Source: Flectonema sp. DT1601 (Eukaryota). From it: a stretch of DNA of 64,000 nucleotides. Made by a program: the position numbers and the translations under genes. The notes below the pieces were generated by a model that saw only the letters and a program-made list of their open reading frames with translations, was not told where the DNA came from and ran no database searches. Position 1 is the first letter of the stretch. Each line of letters begins with the position of its first letter. Positions 12,801 through 23,635 of the stretch are shown piece after piece. The stretch is from positions 558,001-622,000 of the forward strand of contig OZ025784.1 in the NCBI GenBank assembly GCA_964019425.1, in the 5' to 3' direction.

Positions 12801-15350
12801 AAGACAATTTATATTTTGTGGTGAATTCTTTATTATTCCCGCAGTACACATGAATCCGTCACAAGTCTCAAAACAACAAATAGAATCAGTGCATACTCCA
12901 GCTGTACACTCTCTGCTGGATGGTGTCGGTCTTTGAAGTAGACCTGCAGTACATTGAAACCCATCACAATATACTTTATCACAGCAAATTTGATCATAAC
13001 AACCAGAAGCGCAACTAATTGTCTCTGGAGAAGGTTTTATAACACCTGAAGAACAACCATACATGTGACAGGTACTAACACAACACTGAAGGTCTGAACA
13101 CATTCCTGACTGGCATTCCAATGTTGAGGGAGAGTTCTTTTGAAGAAGACCAGATCCACAAAGATGAGTGTCACAGAACACTTTATCACAACAAGTTACT
13201 TCATTACATCCTGTTGTGGAACATCTTTCCATTGCAGCTGTTCCTTTTAAAACTCCAGCAGTACATACAAAACCTGTACAAACACTATCACAACATAGTC
13301 CTTCATTACATCCTGCTGTGGGACACGCTAATTGTGCAGCAGTAGTCTTTTGTAATCCAGGACACGTGAATCCACTACAAGAGTCACCACAGCAGAGGGA
13401 ATCTGTACATCCGCTCGGACATGATATCTGTCCAGGGTTGGTTTTAAAAACCTTATTGACACCACAAACATGAGTCGGAGAACATGATGGTAAACAACAC
13501 AACGCTTCTGTACAAACTCCTAATGGACATTCCACAGTTGAACCTGTTGGGATAACTAATCCCATTGTGCAGGTGAATGAATTACAATACCGAGGTTCAC
13601 AACATGTTGTGTCGTCGCAACCTGCGGCAAGACACGGAATTGAACTTGATGCCGGTTTGAGGATGCCGGAAAGACAAGTGTGCTGAGAGCAGAGAGGATC
13701 ACAACAGAGAGTGTCAGAGCAAGTACCAGTTGAACATTCTATAGAAGAATGAGTAGGTTTAAAAGTAAGCCCTGGGCTGCAAGTAAAACTATTACAGAAT
13801 ACTTTATCACAACATTTCATATCATCACACACTCCCTGACAATCAATTCGACGAGGGTTTGGTTTTAATACCCCCATCCCACAAGTATGTAATTCACATA
13901 TAAAAGTACAACAAAACAGTTCTGTACAGACTCCTGTTGGAAGGCACTCCGTCGATGACGGGACAGCAAAGATCCTCGATGGGCAGTTGAATAATCTGCA
14001 GGTTTGAGGTTCACAACAAAGTTGATCATTGCAAACCCCAAGAGGGCATTCAATAACATTGTTAGTAGGAAATAACTGACGACCAGAACCACAAGTATGA
14101 GTGTTGCAATATACCAAGTCGCAGCACTTTGAGTCATCACAAGGAGTAGCTCCACAAGATATACTTACCGGAAGGGGTTTCACAACACCAGAAGAACACG
14201 TGTAAGTGTTACATGTTTGCTCACAACACTGAGAGTAGTCGCAGTCACCTGAACACTCTGATGATCCCTTTGATGTGCCGACTGCACAATTAAAACTGTC
14301 GCACTTCTGATTACAACACAACACGTCAGTACACCCACTACTCAGACATCGTAAGGTATTTGAATTAACTCTCAGTGAGGATGATGTACACACATGTCCC
14401 TGACAGGTTAGTTCACAGCAGGTGTTGTCATCACATCCTCCAGTACAAGGTATCATTGAAGGAGAGGTTCGTAACACACCACCCACACAGGTATAAAATG
14501 AACAAACACCTTCACAGCATTCTGTGTCGGTGCACGTGGGAGCTGAACATGTCACCAACTGAGGATTCGGTTTTTGACTTCCAATGGTGCAAGTGTAAGA
14601 GTTACACGTCGATATATCGCAGCACTCTGAGTCAACACAAACCGAAGCACACGTTATTCCTCCGGGACTGGTTTTTAAAGCCCCGGACATGCAGCTGTGT
14701 CCCCCACAGTTTCTGACATCACAACATTCTGTGTCAGTACATGATGATCCGCATGTGATAGAAGCAGAATTGACTTTCAAAACACCAGCAACACAACTAT
14801 GTGAATCACACAACACAGTATTACAACACTCTCCGTCAGTACATGAGGATGAGCATTGGATGTTTGCAGGTGTTGGTTTTAAGGAACCAGAACCACAGCT
14901 GTAACTATCACATAAATTAATATCACAACACTCGCTATCATCACAAATGGCAGTGCACACAATTGTTGCGGATCCAGCTTTTATTAAACCATTAGAACAA
15001 GAATGACCTCCACATGTCAAATAGCAACATGTTAATTCATCACAAGAACCAGAGCAAGTTATTGACGCAGGATCAGGTTTGTATAAACCAGACATACATG
15101 TGTATGAGTCACATGCTGCACCACTTACTATCGTGATGTTCTTCAATGCTACTAGGATGATCATGGGGCCGTATCCGTTTCTTTTTGACGTGCATAGTTT
15201 GCTACGATGCCACATAAGTAACCATCCTAATAATAGTATTGAGGCTACTGCAGACACTCTCTCAACACTGCAACGATCTAATTGTACTGAGATAGACGCG
15301 TCAGCAGTACACACGATGATGAGAGCAACGATAAGTTGCTCCCATTTCAT
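9900..15350 (-). CDS. Bodonin/DGF-1-like multi-pass surface receptor with 28 six-Cys repeats; 4 exons, ~1751 aa
   Basis: Exons 15350-11355, 11292-10954, 10884-10771 and 10706-9900 join in frame. Order: signal peptide, Cys-rich repeats, Thr/Pro stalk, then the same QLAFVADITC/LPFILHPT/GAIVGN/LRFPS/GEWVS/SGINLSQ module as the 2783-7256 gene. Confidence 0.85.
12235..15115 (-). repeat. Coding array of 28 degenerate ~30-36 aa Cys-rich repeats (C-x3/4-C...C-x3/4-C-x4-CC)
   Basis: I counted 28 CC-terminated units in the translation, e.g. CDSYTCMSGLYKPDPASITCSGSCDELTCC. Confidence 0.9.
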
Positions 15351-15711
15351 GTTATTGGACTGTCGATGAGATAATATTATTTAAAAAAAAATAGAACATC
15401 AGAAATGATTACTACTCTTCGAAAACGAATTATTCTTCCCAACCATCGTTTGAAGCTTTTATTTAAAATGAAAATAGAAGTTAAAAATACTGCTATCAAG
15501 AAATCATTTTTTAAAAAAAAAAAAAAATCAGCAACATTGTGGGGGGGCTGGAGCCTCCGCACCCACATGATTTGGGTTTATGTGTATGAAACTACACCTG
15601 CTGTAAGTCAGGACTTACTGTTTTTAATAGATAAGAACAGAATTAGATTGTTCTTCGATCCAGGCAGCTATCCGGTCAATAAGGAATACCAATGTGATAT
15701 TATAACTACAC

Positions 15712-16449
15712 CTACCACCATATAACTGGTCCAAGACCATCATCAGCAAACGATGCTTCTATTGAAATAGGAAGTTCAACGGCTGGTACCTTAGCAGCTC
15801 CTTGTCTGTTGTTGTTGTTGTTATTTATGTTATGGTTTGTGTTAATATAAATAAAACATACATAGCACGTGGTCCTTCTTCAGTAGCTCGTTCAAAATCA
15901 ACAGAAACGACTCGGAAACTAACCATCTGACCGAGTTCGATGTAGTTCACAATAGGTTCTTCGTCTTCTTCTCCTTGTTCTTCGTTTGTCCAAAGTTGTT
16001 CTCGTGGATCACTGTGTTGAGTTAAGTTTTTAAAGTTATTATTTTTATCAAATTGTTAACTGTGTGAGTACATACAATACTGCTTTTTGACCATGAGCCT
16101 GTCTGAAGTTAGAAGGAGGTACCCATACTTTATCAAAGAATCCGAGAGAGATACGAACTCCTCGTTTCTCATCAGAACCGACTACTTTACCTTCGAGAAT
16201 CTCACCTTCGAAAGGCTTGAATACAATTAACCGAAAATGAACTGAAGAGTAGGATGCCCCTTCTCCAGGATGGAGAACAGCATCAGAAAAAGAAGTAATT
16301 TCAAAAACCTGAACACAGTATCCCACTTTCGGTAGCACTCTACCCGAGTATTTCTCATTGAGTATCGCTGTTAGGGCTGCTGTGTGTTCTTTATCAAACA
16401 TTTCGGGTACAATTTTGACCGCATCCCGGAGATGTGCCAAAATGAACAT
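15712..16449 (-). CDS. POLR3H: DNA-directed RNA polymerase III subunit RPC8 (C25; Rpb7 family); 3 exons, 205 aa
   Basis: Exons 16449-16076, 16011-15862 and 15805-15712. Motifs MFIL..LNEKYSGRVL..G.C, PGEGAS, FRLIVFKPFEGEILEGKV and SLGFFD; the spliced C-terminus DDGLGPVIWW* is typical of Rpc25. Confidence 0.92.
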
Positions 16450-16462
16450 CTCCCCACCCCAG

Positions 16463-16492
16463 CTATAGAAATAATTATAAAAGAAAATAATG
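16463..16492 (-). promoter_or_regulatory. Putative trans-splice acceptor (pyrimidine tract + AG) for RPC8
   Basis: Minus strand reads ttattttcttttataattatttctatAG, 13 nt before the ATG. Similar sites lie at 7269, 29607, 32171, 43381, 49796, 50963 and 53790. Confidence 0.55.
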
Positions 16493-17244
16493 ACACTCTC
16501 ACTTCTTTTAAATAATTTAAAAAAAAAAAACCTTATGATGATATCCTGATTAAAAAGAAAAAAAAAATAAATATTTATTCAGCACACATTTAATTATTCT
16601 GTCATGGTTTTCTAAAGTACAGGTGCTACTACTACGCCAGAGAATAGTTTGTGTATTTTTTATTTTTTTTTAATTAATTTCTTTTTTTTTTTTTCCTTTC
16701 TGACTATGAACAATCAAACAAACAGAACTAAAATTATAAAAAATAAAAATAAAAAAAATAACAACTTTAATTACATAATTAATAGCTGCTGTGAGATCTA
16801 ACTAATGTTTTTTTTTCGCATTTCCTTTTCAAAAAAAAAAAAAAAAAGGAAATAAGAAATAGGGGAGGAGACTGTATTCCAATTATCGGTACAAAGAGTA
16901 CTCCTTCCTTGTCCCAAACCTCAGAAATATCGAAAAGTAGACCATTCATGACTACAATTGATAAAAATAAGGAAAAAAAAAATGTTTCCTTAAATTAAAA
17001 AAAGGAAATTCCACATCGGTTTTTCACATTACAAGACACGCTAATGAAAGGAAAATACGTCTACTTTAGGATTTATATATAAAAAAAGAATCATAACAGC
17101 CGATGACAGGGATGGTAAGTATCCCTTCGACAACTTATGCGATTTTCATGAACGTTTCTAACTACGTTCGATCGCCTACAGATATGGTTTCTAGGGGTTT
17201 ACCTCTATACTTTACAATATGTGTCGAAGAGAAGTACTGACACG

Positions 17245-18901
17245 TCATCCATGGAATCTCAAGTTGGGATCATCTACGTCACCGGAAGATGCCATCCAAA
17301 GTTTTCTAACTTCAGATTGCGTCGCTGATATCGTTTCCGTCGTCGTCAGTGGAAGTCTACCTGTCGATTTAATCTTCTTACTGCAAACAATCGACAGACC
17401 AATCACAAAAATTAAAAACGTTTTCTGATCAAAAGCTTCATAGTTAAATATATCACCTCCCGTTGTCAAACTAAAACACAATCCAGGATCTGTTATGTCA
17501 CTTTCACTTCTACTAAATCCTGTTGTGGTAAATGGACCAACACTGATACCAATAATATCTCTTGTCGGTACCCGGGTATCGTACTTTTCCTATTTTTTTT
17601 TTATTGGTTGACAGGGAATTGAACTTAATCAAATTAGAGAATAAACTTAATAACGTAAATTGACATACAGAAGTCTTAGGTCTCGAACAAAAGTATTTCA
17701 TTGAATCTATTTCATTCATACAGGCAAAGACCTCTATGGAAGCACCTCGTGGTGAATGCTGTTGTTGTTGTTTTTAGTATAAATTTAAACTTTTTTTTTT
17801 GTATAAATTTAGTAATTTACAAACCTTTTTTAGTATTGCGCCATTTGAGAGTGAGGATCTGAGAGATGGTTTACTGTGTGATCGAGTGTCAAATTCTGTT
17901 TGAGAAACCTTAATGCTGGGCATACCGCGAAGGGTTTGCGTCTCCGGAGGTGATATCTTAGCAGGTGAAACAGATCTGTTCATTGAATTATAATGAGGGT
18001 GTGGAGTGCTGTAAGTAGGCATGTGAGGTGCTAACTTGTCGCGACCTCCACCTTGAATGTCAGTAATCTCAACTGTTTTATCAAGTTCCCAACCCTCGTT
18101 GAAAACTTTCCAATCTCTTATAAAAATAGGCATTTGATTGCCATGTTGTTTAGCGCTTTGAACATAACCTCTACTTAAAGGCATGTCAGTAGACTCATCT
18201 GTGAGTAACCAATATTCTTTTGATCCAGAATATAGTCTTTTATCATCACACCCCCATACAGGAGATCCATTCAGTATTTCACCATGTCTAAGTTTATAAA
18301 CCCCATCAACCAATGGCTGGTTAGGTATTCTCACGTATATTTTTTTTGGTATCTTGTCAGCCTGACCAGCTGTTTGTAAAGCCGTCAGCTCTTCTTGGGC
18401 TTCTCGTAGGGCTGTCGTTTTGACTTTTAAAGTGTATTTCAAATCATTTATTTCTTGTCTAGCTTCGTTTAATAAGTTTTTATAATACAGGATATCTTCT
18501 GTTGGAGGGATGATTCGGGTAGGCGCCTGCATCGGAAACGAAGCAGACTGTTGATGTCGGTCATACAGAGATCGAGGTTCGTAGTGGTTCGGAACTTCGT
18601 GCCTATCGTAGTCGTACTTGCCTAGTTCATTCCATACATCTTCTACGTATTCTTGTCTCCTATCTGCTTCAGCAGGTGGCGGAGAATACGTTCTCATCAC
18701 GTTTCTTCTCGCATCATATTTTCTTATAGTTTCTTTATTTTCCCTTCCATGCATAAAAACATACGTCGCTTCTTCATTTGCAGGAGTTGATTCCCAACCC
18801 CTCTCATCATCATGATGATCATAAGGAGAGTCTGGTGGTGAAGTTCTGTAGTATGTTCTCTCAGGTGAAATCATATGATCAATTGGATACCGGCCAGGCA
18901 T
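17245..18901 (-). CDS. Hypothetical protein: coiled coil, G-x-Y..NG.PVW domain and C-terminal PLC-type PH-like domain; 3 exons, ~503 aa
   Basis: Exons 18901-17825, 17758-17669 and 17589-17245 join in frame. The spliced C-terminus LSNGAILKKHS..DIIGISVG..CFSL..FNYEA..FVIGL resembles a PH fold. Confidence 0.75.
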
Positions 18902-19501
18902 GTTGTTGTTATTATTATTGTTACCACCTCCTTTATTGAGGTGGTCTCCTATAACATAGAAGTAATTATTATTATTACAAACAAATAGTATTCAAACACG
19001 GAAACTGGAATGTAATGACAGGATCAATATGTAGACTCAGTAAAGTGTAAATGACGTATAAAAAAAAATTAAAAAAAAGGAAAACAACCAAGTCAGAGCA
19101 AAGGGCAAGATCCCTCCTCTTTAACTGAAGTTAGATGTGGAGTAATACTACTTGCAACTGTGGTGGAGTCAGCGAATAGAAAGGACAAGTTCTTTTTCGT
19201 TTCAACAGAAGTTGGACGAAAGAGAATGATAACTGTTTGGAGCTGGGAAAGCAAATCCACACTGAGAAGATTCTCGAGCGTCATCTGAGAGATTCAATAC
19301 CAACAGAAGTCGGAACTGAATACTTCAACCACAGCATGAGGTTAGGATAGTAATAATGTCATTCATAAATAAGAGGGGATACCTGCCTTCAAAAGTATCA
19401 GCTGCCTGGTGTTCACATCTCTATTAGTGTGTCAGGCTACTTGTTGTCTGGTGACTCTTATTAGAAATAGTACTACTTGAAGTCTTTATCAAAAAAATTG
19501 A

Positions 19502-20663
19502 TTATCTTATTCTGGTTTTATATCTTTTACAGATATCGTAGAGTAGCTTCCCTCTACCAGTCGTCTGTTTAGTTTGTGTGAGGATTTGGTCATCGTTTGG
19601 AGATGTTGTTTTGTGAAAAGAACATACGGCGTTGTGCCTATCTTTATGATAAATTGGTGGAAGGGCGTCATTTTTCGAAGATTTTTTCTTCTCTTGGCGA
19701 AGTTTTCTCTCCCTTTCTCGCTCGCAAGTTCGATTCTGAATCGAGGATATTTCTCCCCGAAGTTTCCCTTCCTTAGCAACAACTGATTGCATGAATGTGA
19801 GTTTCAGTTTTGATTGATGATTCACATGTGCTGGAGTTCTACTTATAGGAGGGAGTGACGCGGCCGGAGAGGAGAGTGGGGGGGTTAGGCCGCCTATTAT
19901 GTTATCAGAATTTCTCTTCAACCCATGAGACGTAGAACCATCATGCCTTAATTTCCTGACAACTAGTTTATCATAAGGCGAATACAATTCTGATGTTCTT
20001 CTTCTGACTGGAGGTAACCCACTCCCACTAGATCCCCGACTACCTTCAGCCCTCGAAGGTGGCCTACCCGAAGCCCTCGCAGAAGTTTTAGAAGAAGGAG
20101 GTGTCGGTGCTCTGTTTTAATATAAAGTGATGCGGAAGGAGAAATAAATACACAAATCTAATAATTCACTGTTTAGATCTAATTATTGCATACCTAACAT
20201 TGGAGTTACTTCTAGTCGAGGGATGTTTTGGTGTTTCCGATTCAAAAGCGAGTTTAAGTTGAGAAAGACCCTCAAATGGCATCTCATCAAGAGATAATAT
20301 TAATTCCAGTCCGGGTTCCGCAGCTCGGTGGAGAACTGTTAGTCCAATGTGGCGATCACGTTGAAGCGAACAGAGTTGTGATATTCCAATATACGGCAAG
20401 GGAGGTAGCCCCGAAGCTAACTCACCGAGAGCCTCTAGATCAGAATATTGTTTCGTACTAAGCGACAGTAATCTTCTCAATCCCGTTGCGAACACTGCTG
20501 GTGAAGCAGCTCGACTTCCATATTGGGTACTCGAAGTTCGCGGAGGTACTTCAAATCCCTGCAACTCCCGCAGAGCATCTAAATCATCATAGCACTTGCT
20601 ACCCACTGAGAACAGTTCATGAAGACCTGTTCCATAAACTACAGGAGACTCCCCTCTACGCAT
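19502..20663 (-). CDS. Hypothetical protein with N-terminal degenerate repeats; probably 3 exons, ~338 aa
   Basis: Exons 20663-20194, 20111-19628 and 19564-19502. The first intron restores frame between two ORFs; the second (63 nt) is in frame and less certain. Confidence 0.6.
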
Positions 20664-21313
20664 ATGCTGTCACACCTGTTTACAATAAATAACATAAGAA
20701 CAGACAAGCCTAGTGAGGATCTAATACCTGATTCTGTCAGCAGCAATCATTTTTAAGTTCACCCCCCTCTCTGAATGTAATGTACGTTTTAATATAAAGC
20801 TATTAAAGACTACTCTTGTTTAGTTCTAATCAGAGAAAACACTCTTTAAGAACAGAATCTATAAATGAATGGTGAAGGAAAAAAACAGAATGAAAAATAT
20901 CTAATAATAGAACCCTGGGGGAGTTGGTTGGGGAGATTATATAAAAAAAGAAAAGGGTAGATTACAAAAAAAAACTTAGAAAGGAAATCTAAAAGTGACT
21001 ACTTTGTCGGTATTGTTTTGATTATTCTTCGTCTCCTCTTCAACGAGGAGAGTTAAAGAGAACAAGTCGGTAAACAGAACACTTCACTGTTTCTGTTTTA
21101 TTATCAGTGCATGGATGTTGCAATCTAACTCCTCCCCGACGACTGTTGTGTTTGTTTTTGCACAAACGGTTAAAACTTATTGAAAAATAGAGCTCTACAA
21201 CGAAGGTATATCCCGACTAATGTCGGGTGGGGTACATATCTTTTGTGTAAGGAAGCATTACTTCCCTTCTTTTATTGTTTATTAATCAAAGTCTCTCATC
21301 GTATTCTTGTTTT

Positions 21314-23635
21314 TTAAGAAATAGTGAAGTCGAGGGGTGCAGTGTCAACACTCCCGACTGAGTATCGAGTAGTTTCTACATTACTATCGAAACGAACATT
21401 CTGAGAGATAAATTTGTTTCTTCCAGCTGACAGAATTGATCTCTTAGGGCGAGAAGAACGACGTAGTGGACGAAATATTTCCTCATCACTTTCTAGGTCG
21501 AGGTTACTTGCGAGTGACATACGTGGGGCTTTAGCTGGTTTAGATCCAGGTGAATTCTTTTTACGCTTGCTCTCGATTCTTGAGAAGTCAATGTCAGAGA
21601 ACTCTTCGAGGTTGAATGATCGTCGAGGCCTCTGTTTTCTCTTTTGAACTACAATTGGACTATCAACGTCAATAGCTTCTGACTCATGACTGGATGGAAC
21701 AACAGATTGTGATTCGATCTTGTCTACTTTACCAGCCGAGACTCGGGGCCTATTATAATCAATTGGTGAATTACTTTGCAGAGAAAGAACTGAAACAGGA
21801 GACTCAAAGGCAATAGATGGGTTTCTCGCAGCCGTACGATGTCCAGGTGGTGACAACAGATGCGTTGCTTTCACTGGAGAGACATCTTTCAAAAGTGACG
21901 GACGACTTCGATGTAAATTATTAAATTCTTCGTTGTCGGAGTCGGAATCCCCATTTCCGAATATTTCAAATAATTTTGATATTTTATCCTTGTTCTCTCT
22001 TTGAATTGAACAATTCTTTCTGTAGGATTCCCTCATCTGCAGCAACTGGTTCTCATTGTCACGAAGTTCTTGGGTAAGTTGCTTCTTCACGCGTTGATCT
22101 TGAATCTTATCCTCAGCTTCTTTTTCACGTAAGGCTATAGTCGCCTGCTGTTTGTTTGCTTCCAACTTCTTCCTTTCCGATGCAATTCGGACCTGTTGGT
22201 TTTCATACTTTTGTTTTTGAACTGAAAGACGTCCCTGCATAGCCGTGAGATCATGTGCGACTCTCATTTTAGTTTTCATTTCGTTTTCCAGGGTGACACC
22301 AGAGTCTTTTTGAGTCTTCGCTAATCTCTTTCTGTGTTTTTCGAGTGATTTTCGCTTCTTAGCAGTTGCGGCTTTCGTGGTGCGGAGCTCCGATGCGTGT
22401 TTTTGTTCAAAGAATTCGACTCGTTTTTCCATTTCCTGAATGACTGATTCTCTGTCTGCCAACTCAACGTGTAGCTGGTTGAGATAGCTGCTGACTTTTG
22501 CGTAAAGTTGTTGTTCACGTCTCAGGTTTGCGTTATATTGTTTTCGTTGTTTTGCTTCTTTTGAGTCTTGTTCTGATATGAGATGCTGCAGTTCCTGTCG
22601 CTGAGTGTGCAGTAGTTCCATTTCTGACTCAAGTTGATCTTCTTCTTCTTTTAATTTGTCCTCATCGCCGTACATTTTATTAGAAATGTTGTTCTTCAAG
22701 GTTCGTAATTCTTCCTCCGATTCCTGAATTTCTTCATTCAAAATTTTGATGTTTTCAGGAGATGATTTCGGTACATTCCCCGCCGACTGTGTTCGCTCTG
22801 CTACAACACACTCCATGCTCCTAAGCCGCTTAACTAGTTTCATGTGAATATTCTGCTTCAGTGAAACATCGCCAATCGCCTCCAACAGATCCTCGTCTTC
22901 GCAGTCTGCGTCAGTCGGTACCAAGACTCCTTTCGAAAGTTGATTTGTCTTCCGAAAAAGAGCTTTCTTTATAGAAATCAATTTCTCTTCTTCTGCAGTG
23001 AGTTGTTCAGAGAGGATCTTTTTGGCGTTATGTAGTTTTGTCTCGTGTTCTTTTCTGAGAGTTTCGGCATACAAAACTCTCTCTTCGACGATTGCTTCCT
23101 TGTCAGCTGTCTTTATATTCTTTATCTTGAGACGGTCGAGAACTTTGTTAGCGCCAGTGAACTTATTCTTGTGATCTTCTAAGGCTATCTCTTCACTTTC
23201 TAACTCCGCAATGTGAGATTCGATTTGTTCTTCTTTGCTGAGAAGTACTTTGAGTTCCTCTTCTACTTCCGCATGGCGTTCCTTGAGCTCGTCTTCCTGC
23301 TGAGTTAATTCGATTTCTTCCTGTTCCATGTATTTCTCTTCGTCGTTGAGTTCACGTATTTGGTCTGATGAAGGGATGCGTTTCTCCCTCTCATTGCGAG
23401 CAGCTTCACTCTCCCTGAGTTTTAGATCTATTTCATCTTCTTTTTGTTTTATCATTCGAAATTCTTCCTGAAGCTCTCGTTCTCTAAGTTCAAGACCTGC
23501 AATTATTGACGTGTTGCAATCGCTGTGTTCTTCTTCCTCCTCGTCCTCTTCTAACTCCGAATCGTCGTCGTCGTCGTCCTCTCTAATTTGCACCATCATC
23601 CCGTCGTTTGGGTGTTGCATAACCGACATTACCAT
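21314..23635 (-). CDS. Long acidic coiled-coil protein; single exon, 773 aa
   Basis: Uninterrupted ORF with E/K/Q/L heptad-like composition and a Ser/Pro-rich tail. Confidence 0.85.
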   Translation of the reverse strand: MVMSVMQHPNDGMMVQIREDDDDDDSELEEDEEEEEHSDCNTSIIAGLELRERELQEEFRMIKQKEDEIDLKLRESEAARNEREKRIPSSDQIRELNDEEKYMEQEEIELTQQEDELKERHAEVEEELKVLLSKEEQIESHIAELESEEIALEDHKNKFTGANKVLDRLKIKNIKTADKEAIVEERVLYAETLRKEHETKLHNAKKILSEQLTAEEEKLISIKKALFRKTNQLSKGVLVPTDADCEDEDLLEAIGDVSLKQNIHMKLVKRLRSMECVVAERTQSAGNVPKSSPENIKILNEEIQESEEELRTLKNNISNKMYGDEDKLKEEEDQLESEMELLHTQRQELQHLISEQDSKEAKQRKQYNANLRREQQLYAKVSSYLNQLHVELADRESVIQEMEKRVEFFEQKHASELRTTKAATAKKRKSLEKHRKRLAKTQKDSGVTLENEMKTKMRVAHDLTAMQGRLSVQKQKYENQQVRIASERKKLEANKQQATIALREKEAEDKIQDQRVKKQLTQELRDNENQLLQMRESYRKNCSIQRENKDKISKLFEIFGNGDSDSDNEEFNNLHRSRPSLLKDVSPVKATHLLSPPGHRTAARNPSIAFESPVSVLSLQSNSPIDYNRPRVSAGKVDKIESQSVVPSSHESEAIDVDSPIVVQKRKQRPRRSFNLEEFSDIDFSRIESKRKKNSPGSKPAKAPRMSLASNLDLESDEEIFRPLRRSSRPKRSILSAGRNKFISQNVRFDSNVETTRYSVGSVDTAPLDFTIS

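Noticed and set aside
19093..19284. 63-aa minus-strand ORF downstream of the 19502-20663 gene
   Set aside because: No in-frame splice connection or recognisable motif was found; likely UTR.
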